Source: an uncultured virus (IMG/VR IMGVR_UViG_3300009161_006655) (lineage: Duplodnaviria; Heunggongvirae; Uroviricota; Caudoviricetes). From it: a stretch of DNA of 20,000 nt. The notes beneath the pieces are model-generated. The model saw only the letters and a list, made by a program, of their open reading frames with translations, had not been told where the DNA came from and did no database searches. Position numbers and translations under genes: made by a program. Numbering within the stretch: the stretch's first letter is position 1; every line of letters starts with the position of its first letter. The stretch lies in IMG/VR virus record IMGVR_UViG_3300009161_006655. The stretch is one strand, 5' to 3'. Of this stretch, positions 1 through 8,406 are shown in pieces.

Positions 1-1
1 T

Positions 2-625
2 TTAAGAGTTTCCGTTAATTGGGAGGGTAAACAACATATTGTTTACTGTGACCACTCTAAAGGTGATAACGGATGGTCTGATATACATGGAGGTGGATGT
101 GGTATAACAAGTTTTTCAATGGTGATAAACTATTGGGCTAAAAAGGGGAAAACGGGAGGCAAATTCACATCACCTGTTAAAATGGCAAAAATGGCTTGTG
201 AGACCGGAGCTAGACCACCTTTACAAAATCGAGCGGCTAAGGGTCAGCCACCGAATATGGCAACAAGTGGTACAGGTCCAAATGGTGCGTTTTACAAAGC
301 TATAAAGGAACATTTTAATTTAACAGCAAAAGGTCCGGTGACGACTGAGGTTGCTAAAAAACTAATACAAGGAGGAAATCCTGTTGTTTGGTGTGGATCT
401 ACTTTTGAAGGTATAACTGCTAATAATAAGAAAAGTCATACCTATCCGGGTCACTTTATAGTATTTACCGGATATGACTCAGGTAAATGGAGAGTGAATG
501 ATCCGGGAGCAAATGTGGAAAGTGGTGGTATTTCATATTTTGATAAATTTGTAGGAGAAAGCGGATTTAAAAGCGCCAATGAAGGTAGATTCTATGTAGT
601 CGGGCCACCTGATGTGGTTGTATAA
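2..625 (+). CDS. C39-like (papain-fold) cysteine peptidase domain protein, 5'-truncated by the window edge
   Basis: The frame is open from base 2, upstream of the ORF-track start at 119, and reads ...IHGGGCGITSFSMVINYW (Cys codon 98-100). It continues to GHFIVFTGYD and WRVNDP, the Cys/His/Asp arrangement typical of Peptidase_C39-like domains. Confidence 0.8.
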   Translation, partial: LRVSVNWEGKQHIVYCDHSKGDNGWSDIHGGGCGITSFSMVINYWAKKGKTGGKFTSPVKMAKMACETGARPPLQNRAAKGQPPNMATSGTGPNGAFYKAIKEHFNLTAKGPVTTEVAKKLIQGGNPVVWCGSTFEGITANNKKSHTYPGHFIVFTGYDSGKWRVNDPGANVESGGISYFDKFVGESGFKSANEGRFYVVGPPDVVV

Positions 626-635
626 TATACTTTAC

Positions 636-667
636 AAAAAAACCCACTCAAAATTGAGTAGGTTTTT
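636..667. terminator. Bidirectional intrinsic terminator between convergent genes
   Basis: AAAAAAA-CCCACTCAA-AA-TTGAGTAGG-TTTTT: a stem-loop flanked by A and T tracts. The single mismatch is a G:U pair on the minus strand. It lies between stops at 625 (+) and 686 (-). Confidence 0.8.
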
Positions 668-685
668 ATTTCTAATTATTTCTAA

Positions 686-1021
686 TTATTTCTTTGGTTC
701 AGCCTTTTTACGAGGTTTTGAAACTGGTTTAGTTTCAACTTTCTCAGTAGCTGATTTAGTCTTAGCAGGTTTAGCTTTAACTGGTTTAGCAGTATCAGGT
801 GTTTTTACCTTAGCTTTGATTTCCTTAGCTGTAACTTTTTTCTCAGTTGCTATTTCAGCAAGTCTAGTTTCGATTGCTTTTGTTGCTTTTTCAACATCAA
901 TTTTATCAATCTCAGCTTTTACCACTGCTTTAACAATAGGCTCAACCTTAGTTTCAATAACAGTTTCAATAGTTTCTTCAGCTTTACCGAACCACTTTTT
1001 AAGTAATGATTTAATACTCAT
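686..1021 (-). CDS. Small basic Lys/Ala/Pro/Thr-rich protein (histone H1-like C-terminal tail)
   Basis: 111 aa with an ATG start, an upstream GTATATATA motif and a downstream terminator. The tail reads KAKVKTPDTAKPVKAKPAKTKS...KPRKKAEPKK. Confidence 0.7.
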   Translation of the reverse strand: MSIKSLLKKWFGKAEETIETVIETKVEPIVKAVVKAEIDKIDVEKATKAIETRLAEIATEKKVTAKEIKAKVKTPDTAKPVKAKPAKTKSATEKVETKPVSKPRKKAEPKK

Positions 1022-1040
1022 AGTTTAGATTATTTTTTAT

Positions 1041-1049
1041 TATATATAC
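1041..1049 (-). promoter_or_regulatory. Putative phage promoter motif (GTATATATA variant)
   Basis: Variant of the recurrent ATATATA motif, 19 nt upstream of the ATG at 1021. Confidence 0.5.
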
Positions 1050-1070
1050 ACTTCTTTAATCTCCCTCCAT

Positions 1071-1095
1071 AAAAAACCTCAAAAAAACCTCAAAA
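1071..1095. repeat. Short tandem direct repeat AAAAAACCTCA x2 in a divergent intergenic region
   Basis: aaaaaacctca-aaaaaacctca-aaa read directly from the sequence. Confidence 0.6.
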
Positions 1096-1124
1096 TTCCC
1101 ATTATTTAAACATAAGTTGTTATT

Positions 1125-1133
1125 TTATATATA
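1125..1133 (+). promoter_or_regulatory. Putative phage promoter motif (TTATATATA)
   Basis: 8 nt upstream of the uvsW ATG at 1142. Confidence 0.55.
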
Positions 1134-1141
1134 ATAGGAAG

Positions 1142-2752
1142 ATGAAATTTAGATATGATAAAGACACTGAAGAATTAGTTGTATCAGAGGCTACAAGAAT
1201 AGAATATCATCAAGTAAGTCTTTGGTTAACCCGTCATGTAAAGGGTTATAGATATATGCCTGCCTTTAAAATGGGTGTGTGGAATGGACAGCAAACATAT
1301 TTCAAAAATGGTAGAATCAATCTAGGTCTTTGGAAAGAAGCTATGAGAGGTTGTAAAGAAATTGAAACTAGTTTTGTAATGGAAAACAAAGATGAGTTTC
1401 CTTTAAACAGAGATGTTACTTTACAAGGTGTTAGAGATTTCTGTGATGATTTTTTTAAAACTCATAAAGTTAGAACAAAGTCTGGTGAGTGGGTTCCTTT
1501 TGTTCCATATGATCATCAAATCGAAGCCGCTTATAAAATTCTAAAGAATAGATATTGTATGGCTGAGGTTGCGACATCAGGTGGTAAATCTTTAATCATA
1601 TCAATTGTTCTTTTTTATACTCTAAATAAAATAGACACCAAAGCTAAATTCCTTATTATAGTTCCTTCTATTACATTAGTAACTCAGTTCTATGATAATA
1701 TCATAGAATATAATATTGGGTTTAATAATATTTTAGAAATGAGAGACCAAAAGTCTGATCATATTCTAAACACTTCTCACAGACCTTGTGATATTAGAAT
1801 TGAAGAAGTAATGTCTGAAAGACCTCGTAAGTGGTCTGGTACTTTAGATGCTAATGTTTATATTGGAACATATCAATCTTTAGAAAAATGGCCAAAAGAA
1901 TTCTTCAAACAATTTCATACAGTTGTAACAGATGAAGCACACGGTGCCAAAGCCAAAACAATTACAACTATTTTAGGTCATACATTCAAATCGGCTTATT
2001 CAAGATTTGGTGTATCTGGTACATTTCCAGAAGATGATACTTGTGAAATATTAACTATTCAATCCGTATTGGGCCCAAAGATAACTGAAGTTTCTGCCAA
2101 TGAATTAAAAGAAAAAGGTATCATTACTCCAATGGATGTTAAGGTTGTAATCATGAATCATGAAGATTTAGAATTTGATGGTAGAATGACAGAGATTAGA
2201 AGAGGTGGGAATGGTAAAGATGCTTTTGATTTAGAAAAAGATTACATACATCAATCTGATAAGAGATTAGAGTTTATTAAAAAGATTGCAGATAAATGTG
2301 ATTCAAATACTTTATTATTATTTCACACAATCGAATATGGTCAAAAGATATTTAATAAACTTAAAAATGAATTACCTAATAAAGACTTTTACTATATTGA
2401 TGGTGAAGTAAGTGGTAAGAAAAGGGAAGTTATTAAGAAAGAAATGGAGAACACTAGTGATAAAGTTAAAGTTCTTGTGGCTTCTTACGGCACCTTGAGC
2501 ACTGGTGTCTCGATAAATGCCATCTTTAATGTTATATTTGCGGACTCATTTAAATCTGAACAAATTATTATACAATCAATAGGTCGTGCTCTTCGTTTAC
2601 ATGATGATAAAAAGAAAGCCAATATATTTGATTTAGTTGATGTTTTCTCAAGTAAGGAAATGTCAAATATTCTTTTCCGACATTTTAAGGAAAGAGAAAA
2701 ATTCTACATAAAAAGAGGATATCCCTATAAAATTACAAAAATAAATATTTAA
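1142..2752 (+). CDS. uvsW: UvsW-like SF2 DNA helicase (T4-type)
   Basis: Q motif PYDHQ, Walker A ATSGGKS, IIVP (Ia), TYQS, DEAH, SGT (III), STGVSI (V) and QSIGRALR (VI). The N-terminal GYRYMPAFKMGVWNG segment resembles that of T4-like UvsW proteins. Confidence 0.92.
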   Translation: MKFRYDKDTEELVVSEATRIEYHQVSLWLTRHVKGYRYMPAFKMGVWNGQQTYFKNGRINLGLWKEAMRGCKEIETSFVMENKDEFPLNRDVTLQGVRDFCDDFFKTHKVRTKSGEWVPFVPYDHQIEAAYKILKNRYCMAEVATSGGKSLIISIVLFYTLNKIDTKAKFLIIVPSITLVTQFYDNIIEYNIGFNNILEMRDQKSDHILNTSHRPCDIRIEEVMSERPRKWSGTLDANVYIGTYQSLEKWPKEFFKQFHTVVTDEAHGAKAKTITTILGHTFKSAYSRFGVSGTFPEDDTCEILTIQSVLGPKITEVSANELKEKGIITPMDVKVVIMNHEDLEFDGRMTEIRRGGNGKDAFDLEKDYIHQSDKRLEFIKKIADKCDSNTLLLFHTIEYGQKIFNKLKNELPNKDFYYIDGEVSGKKREVIKKEMENTSDKVKVLVASYGTLSTGVSINAIFNVIFADSFKSEQIIIQSIGRALRLHDDKKKANIFDLVDVFSSKEMSNILFRHFKEREKFYIKRGYPYKITKINI

Positions 2753-2776
2753 CTGCTCCCTGTAAAGTAAGTGTTT

Positions 2777-2785
2777 TAATATATA
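2777..2785 (+). promoter_or_regulatory. Putative phage late promoter motif TAATATATA
   Basis: 21 nt upstream of the ATG at 2807. Confidence 0.65.
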
Positions 2786-2806
2786 ATAATATTAAAATTA
2801 TTTATC

Positions 2807-5329
2807 ATGGCAACAACAATAGTTAAACAAGTAAGAATAAGAGGTAGGGAATCCAGTGCCAGAAATATCGCGCCATATAATTTGGTTGGTGGGTTAGATA
2901 TTAAGCTATCTTTAGAAATTGTAAGTAAGGAATACTATGTTATACCCTATCATACCGACTCTGATAAGTTATATGCTGGTTTATACGCGCCTTCCTTTGG
3001 AAAGAAAAAGGGTGATTATGCTACTTTCTCTGATGATGATTATATACAAAAATATTTAAATGCTTTAAATAGTGGAAAAAGAGGAGCTAATTTAATCTAC
3101 TATTCTGTTCCAACGGATAGACCGGTTTATCCCGGAGACGGTGATAGCAGAGAGTATCGAGAGGGAAAAGAATCTAAAAACGTATTTACTATAATACAAG
3201 ATCCATTTAATCCGTCGGTAATACCTGAAGAAGATGAAGATTTAAAAACTAGAAGAAAATTATGGGAAGATTATAATGCGGCTCAAGAAGTTGCAGATTC
3301 TAAAAAACCTATTACTGGAAGTGCATCAAACTCAGAAAATGCTACCGCTCCGGTGTCTGAAGAACCAAGAATTGATCCTTTAAGTGTTACTGGTAAATTG
3401 TTTGTTAAAAAGAAAAGTGGACCTGGTGAACTAACCGGTGAAGTCGAAATTGAGATAGTAAATGCTAATGTTGTATTCAAAGATTTACAATTTACTGATC
3501 CTGGATTTTATGTAATAACAATATCTCATGGTGAGTCTTCTACACTTGTAGATCCTATTGATGTGGCCATTGAGGTTTTAGCTGAGGAAGTTGTAGTACC
3601 ACAGGAAGAAAGTAAAGGAGTTGAAACAGATGCTAAAGTAACTGGAAATAGACCTATTATTGCTCAAATTGATAAACCAAAGATTGTTATAAATCCGATA
3701 GTGCAAAAACAAGATAAAGGAGCTGGTAGCAATCAAGAATCCATCACACAAGATTTAGGATTTAAACCACTGATACACTATCAGGCGGATTCATTAAATG
3801 AGAGAGATATAAAATCGCTAACTTTATATCATGAAGGAATTGTACCTAAGATACAATTCCGATTTTCAGATACAACGGGTATAATATCTTTACACCCACC
3901 AAAAGCTGATACAACAATGGAATTATTTCTTAATCCTGGTTCCTCAAATTTAAAACCAATTCATTTTGTTTTTAATGTAGTTGAATGTGCTCAAGTACAA
4001 GGTTCTAAAGAATGGGATATATCCGGGACTATTTATGTTCCTGATTTATATAAAGTTAATGACCATTCTTATAAGAGAACCTCATTTGAGACTATAAGAA
4101 AAATTTGTAAAGAGTTAAAACTAGGTTTTAATTCGAATATTAATGAAACCGATGATAAAATGCCTTGGAGAAATCCAAATACTAAACCATATGAATTTAT
4201 AGAAGAAATTATCGCACATTCTTATATAGACGATGAGGCATATATGGGTGGTTATATAGATTATTACTATTGTTTTAATTACGTTGATATTGAAAAAGAG
4301 ATGAAACGTGATATATCAAAAGATATTGGAATAGACACTGCTGGTATTTCTAAAGCCACTACAACAGATGAATCCACTAGAATGCGCGCTATGTTATTAT
4401 CAAATGATAAATCTTTAAAAGAATCCGCTTTTTATTTTGAAAAGTACATAACTAGAAATGATTCTACCAAAAAAGCTCAAAAGGATGGACTATTGACTGT
4501 AACAAAAGCTTATGATAGTGGAACAAAATCATTTCTAATATTTAATGTCGATTCAACAACATCAGATGGTAGTAAAACAATTCCTTTGAAAGGAGCTGAA
4601 AATGACAAAACTGAGTTTGATACGAATATTAGAACTAAATATACTGGTAAAATAGATACGGATAATGTTCATAAAAATTATAACTATGCTATTACTCAAA
4701 ATAGAATAAATTTAAATGAGTTGAATAAAATAGTATTGGAAGTTTCTATGCCTAATCCAAATTTTAATTTATATAAATTTCAAAAAGTTAATGTGCTAAT
4801 AACAAATCCAACTACTACTCCGGCAAACACCGAAGAAATTAACTTTAGATATTCCGGTGAGTATATAATACTTAATATAACATATATATGGTTAGGTGGT
4901 AAATTATCTCAAAAGGTTGAACTTGTTAGAAAAGAAATGGGTAAAAAACCCGAAGAGATTAACAATCCAAAACCACTTGAAAAGAAAAAAGAGACTAAAG
5001 AGATTAATGAAAATCCAGTTGGCGGAACACCATCTGTTGTTTTGCCAAATAGTATTTACACACCTGGTGAATCTTATGTTGTAAAGGACAAAGATGGAAG
5101 AAAATATATAGTTACTATTAAAAGTTTATCAGTTGATGGTAAAGAAGTATTAGCTGATGTTAAACAAATAGATGGTCCTGATGTTTCTTTACAAAGTGCT
5201 GGAACGACTGATCCAAATCAATCAGGTAGTTCTATATCAGGAACACAATCGGTGACAACAGGACAAACAACAGCAACAAACGTAACACCAGCTCCAAACG
5301 GATCTGTTGTTATAGATTTTTGGACATGA
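2807..5329 (+). CDS. Putative baseplate hub protein (gp27/GPD/VgrG-N-like core) with N- and C-terminal extensions
   Basis: 840 aa. The core has SFETIRKICKELKLGF...WRNPN, then EVSMPNPNFNLYKFQKVNV and YSGEYIILNITYIW...QKVELVRKE, resembling the ends of contractile-tail hub proteins. It lies in a block with tail lysozyme and gp5-like genes. Confidence 0.55.
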   Translation: MATTIVKQVRIRGRESSARNIAPYNLVGGLDIKLSLEIVSKEYYVIPYHTDSDKLYAGLYAPSFGKKKGDYATFSDDDYIQKYLNALNSGKRGANLIYYSVPTDRPVYPGDGDSREYREGKESKNVFTIIQDPFNPSVIPEEDEDLKTRRKLWEDYNAAQEVADSKKPITGSASNSENATAPVSEEPRIDPLSVTGKLFVKKKSGPGELTGEVEIEIVNANVVFKDLQFTDPGFYVITISHGESSTLVDPIDVAIEVLAEEVVVPQEESKGVETDAKVTGNRPIIAQIDKPKIVINPIVQKQDKGAGSNQESITQDLGFKPLIHYQADSLNERDIKSLTLYHEGIVPKIQFRFSDTTGIISLHPPKADTTMELFLNPGSSNLKPIHFVFNVVECAQVQGSKEWDISGTIYVPDLYKVNDHSYKRTSFETIRKICKELKLGFNSNINETDDKMPWRNPNTKPYEFIEEIIAHSYIDDEAYMGGYIDYYYCFNYVDIEKEMKRDISKDIGIDTAGISKATTTDESTRMRAMLLSNDKSLKESAFYFEKYITRNDSTKKAQKDGLLTVTKAYDSGTKSFLIFNVDSTTSDGSKTIPLKGAENDKTEFDTNIRTKYTGKIDTDNVHKNYNYAITQNRINLNELNKIVLEVSMPNPNFNLYKFQKVNVLITNPTTTPANTEEINFRYSGEYIILNITYIWLGGKLSQKVELVRKEMGKKPEEINNPKPLEKKKETKEINENPVGGTPSVVLPNSIYTPGESYVVKDKDGRKYIVTIKSLSVDGKEVLADVKQIDGPDVSLQSAGTTDPNQSGSSISGTQSVTTGQTTATNVTPAPNGSVVIDFWT

Positions 5330-5368
5330 GTTAATGGAATTAAAAATTAAATAAAAGTAAAAGTAAAA

Positions 5369-8300
5369 ATGATAAACATAGATTATATAGTAGGTGATAG
5401 TATCGCAGCAGGTATCGCAATAGGCCCATTTAAACTTACTACTAGAAGTGGTATGCCGGGTATTAAATCAACCGATGCTAAAGGTATATCAAAAGTTGGT
5501 GCAAAACCAATTGAAATTCTTGGGTATCTTAATGAAATTGGAAAAGAAAAATTTAGAGGTAAAAATGTTATCATATCGACTGGATTATCAAACGGTTCAA
5601 AAGATGTAGATAATATAGAAAAACAACTTCAATTACTAAAAGATGTAGACGCGAAAGTATATATGATCGGTGTTTCTAATAGCCCACCGGATAGTCTGAA
5701 AGTAGATCTTGTGAATAGTAAATTAGAAACTCTTGCAACCAAGTTTGGTTTTACATTTTTTGGTGGATTTGGTCCGGCTAATGATAAAGTACATCCTAGT
5801 TCTTATACAACTTACTACAACACGGCAATTAAACCGGTTTTATCAAAAGTTGAAGACGCGGCACCGGCTGCTACTACGAACACACCACCGCAATCACAGG
5901 CACAATCTAAATCAGTAATTGCTACAGGACCTGGAAAAGATTTTATTAATAAATTTAATGAGGAGTTAGAGAAGGTATATGAATACGCGACAACAAGCCT
6001 TGGTCCGTGGAAAAAAGCTAGAGAAGAAGCTATCAAAATAACTAAACCAAGAATTGGTACCTGGCCAGTAGATCCAGCCGTTAAAACGATTGGTGATTTA
6101 TTTGCTTATGTTTTCTTTGATCTAAATGCTTTAAAATTTAATTCCCCTCCATGGTTTCAAATAAAGGAAGATGGTAATACAAGAAATGATGAGGTATTGC
6201 AAAAACAATATAATGATTGGATAAATGATATGAATGGGGCGATGCCTCTTCCTACTTCACCAACTGCTGCTCTTGTTTTAGATCCTACTATTAGTGCTAT
6301 TTTTAAATCACTTGCTTGGCCATACACAAGTACATGGACTGGCGATAAAAGAAATTCAAATCTACCAATAGTCTTACCAAAATCTACAGCAATTATTGAA
6401 AATTATAATGAAATAAAAAAACTAGGTATAACAAATCCTGATAAGTATTCTGCCGGTCAATGGTGGTTTGATATGTTTATGAGTGAAGTGATTGGTTTAA
6501 ATGGTCATTATGGTTATTTAAAAAGTAAATCAGATGGGTCTACTAATGAAAGGATTGAAGAAGCTTTTGGAAAATCTAGATACTCGAAAAAATTCTTAGA
6601 TAATAATACTAAATTAGAGGGAGATACGAATCTCTATACAATAAGCGTTTCTAAATTTGTTAAAGGTGAAATTCCAATTATTTCAGGAACAACTAGTGTT
6701 GTTTTGGATAGAGATAATTATACTGACTATGGATCTGGTGACCAAGAAACTTCGTCAGGAAAAGATTATCCTGGATATGGATTTGCTAAAATATTAGAAT
6801 TAATTGAGAGACGACATAGGGGAGAGTTCAATTTCTCTAAACCACCAAACATTGAATATGGTGGATTTGATTTGTTTGATAGTTTAAAAACACAATATAG
6901 ACCAGGTGTTAACTCACTTGAATCTTTATCAAAAGATCCTTTATTTAATCCGATGAGGACGTCTATTGATGATATTGCTTGGACGGCTGTAGGAATAACT
7001 CAGTCACAAGAAACCGGAATATATTGGGAGTCAATGAGATTAGGCGCTGTTGGATCTACAGCATCAGTTGTTGGTAATTTTGAAAACATATTATTATATA
7101 ATGCTTTTTTAGAAGCAGGTGATGATTATAAAACAATTACAATACCAAAATACGCACCTAAACAAAAAGAAGAAACATCAGCTATATCTACTTCAACATC
7201 GACTACAGAAAGTAAATTTAGTGGTGAATTTACATTTAATGTTGAAAAAGATAAAACTTTTGTAGTGGTTGGTAATCAAAACTTTACTCTAAAAATAGGA
7301 GACTTGGCAATTGAAGGATTAACAACATCTTCAGTAATAGAATCTGCAAAAACAATTGATCTAGGTGATGGTGTTATAATCATTGATGATGGAGAAGGTG
7401 GTGAGCCCGATCCTTATTCTGAAAATCCTTATGAAGGAATGGATCAAGAAGAAATAATAGCTGTACAACTTGGTGAACAAAGATATACAGAAGAAAAGAA
7501 AGAAGAAACAAAGAAAAATATAGAAAATAATAATGAACAAGTAACTCTTAAAGATGGTACTCCAATTAAGGATGCTGCATTGTCTGAAAAGATAGTTATT
7601 TTAATGAACACTTTAATAGCGGCTGGTTATACAGTAAATCAGGCTGCTGGTATTGCTGGTAATGTAAAAGCAGAATCTGGATTAGTACAATTTAACGTAG
7701 AAAATGGTGGTGCTAATATTAGACCAGGTGGTATGGGAGAAAAAAGATGGGACGCATCTAACGCGAAAGGTATAAATTATGATGGTAAGTCAAATTTCTC
7801 AGGAATTGGACTGTGTCAATGGACATATGGTGCGAGATATCAATTGGAAAAATTTGTAGGTAAATACTTAACTGATAAAGGAGTTAAAACATCTAATCTT
7901 AAAGATGGATTTTTTGATACCGATCCTAGTCAGTTTTCTAGTGATTATAATCGAGTATACGGAGGGGCGGGAGATGTTTTAGAGAAACATTTATCATCGG
8001 TTCCTTATTTATTTGAAGCTCAGTGTAAATTCTTGGTTGAATATTGGATAGCGCCTAATAAAGGGAACTTTAATAAAAATATTAAAGGGGGTCTTAGTGG
8101 AAATACTGCAACAATTTGCGGAAATGGATTTTTTGTAAACCAAACAGGAGGAAAACCAAATACATCAACAGTTGCTGGAGCATGTGAGATATTCTTATGT
8201 GATGGTGAAGTGCCTCGTACAGTTGGATGGGCAAGAAGTAAAAGTGCTAAAACCACCATTGCTGAGAAAGGAAAAACTAAGTTAGAAATGTATCATGAGA

Positions 8301-8383
8301 GTGTTGCGGAAAGAACCAAATGTGCGATGGATGTTTTAGCGACATATAATAGTAATAAGGATAAGAATAAGACAGTAGCGTAA
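5369..8383 (+). CDS. Virion-associated multidomain hydrolase: N-terminal SGNH/GDSL esterase plus C-terminal phage tail lysozyme (Phage_lysozyme2-like)
   Basis: N-terminus has IVGDSIA (block I), STGLSN (block III) and DKVHP (block V). C-terminus has GYTVNQAAGIAGNVKAESG (Glu codon 7673-7675) and GIGLCQWTYGAR. Confidence 0.8.
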   Translation: MINIDYIVGDSIAAGIAIGPFKLTTRSGMPGIKSTDAKGISKVGAKPIEILGYLNEIGKEKFRGKNVIISTGLSNGSKDVDNIEKQLQLLKDVDAKVYMIGVSNSPPDSLKVDLVNSKLETLATKFGFTFFGGFGPANDKVHPSSYTTYYNTAIKPVLSKVEDAAPAATTNTPPQSQAQSKSVIATGPGKDFINKFNEELEKVYEYATTSLGPWKKAREEAIKITKPRIGTWPVDPAVKTIGDLFAYVFFDLNALKFNSPPWFQIKEDGNTRNDEVLQKQYNDWINDMNGAMPLPTSPTAALVLDPTISAIFKSLAWPYTSTWTGDKRNSNLPIVLPKSTAIIENYNEIKKLGITNPDKYSAGQWWFDMFMSEVIGLNGHYGYLKSKSDGSTNERIEEAFGKSRYSKKFLDNNTKLEGDTNLYTISVSKFVKGEIPIISGTTSVVLDRDNYTDYGSGDQETSSGKDYPGYGFAKILELIERRHRGEFNFSKPPNIEYGGFDLFDSLKTQYRPGVNSLESLSKDPLFNPMRTSIDDIAWTAVGITQSQETGIYWESMRLGAVGSTASVVGNFENILLYNAFLEAGDDYKTITIPKYAPKQKEETSAISTSTSTTESKFSGEFTFNVEKDKTFVVVGNQNFTLKIGDLAIEGLTTSSVIESAKTIDLGDGVIIIDDGEGGEPDPYSENPYEGMDQEEIIAVQLGEQRYTEEKKEETKKNIENNNEQVTLKDGTPIKDAALSEKIVILMNTLIAAGYTVNQAAGIAGNVKAESGLVQFNVENGGANIRPGGMGEKRWDASNAKGINYDGKSNFSGIGLCQWTYGARYQLEKFVGKYLTDKGVKTSNLKDGFFDTDPSQFSSDYNRVYGGAGDVLEKHLSSVPYLFEAQCKFLVEYWIAPNKGNFNKNIKGGLSGNTATICGNGFFVNQTGGKPNTSTVAGACEIFLCDGEVPRTVGWARSKSAKTTIAEKGKTKLEMYHESVAERTKCAMDVLATYNSNKDKNKTVA

Positions 8384-8393
8384 TAATTAAATT

Positions 8394-8402
8394 TAATATA
8401 TA
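8394..8402 (+). promoter_or_regulatory. Putative phage late promoter motif TAATATATA
   Basis: 4 nt upstream of the ATG at 8407. Confidence 0.65.
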
Positions 8403-8406
8403 GTTT

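Noticed and set aside
612..1028. 138-aa hydrophobic plus-strand ORF that looks like a membrane protein
   Set aside because: It is the antisense shadow of the Lys-rich gene at 686-1021 (AAA codons read as TTT). It also runs through the terminator and has no promoter motif.
1700..1800. Insertion in UvsW between motifs Ia and Ib as a possible intein or intron
   Set aside because: It is only about 25-30 aa, has no C/S...HN intein termini, and the reading frame is uninterrupted.
5327..5350. Possible stop-codon reassignment (TGA at the end of the 840-aa gene)
   Set aside because: Read-through would add only a few residues before a TAA. Genes are full-length and densely packed under the standard code, so there is no sign of recoding.
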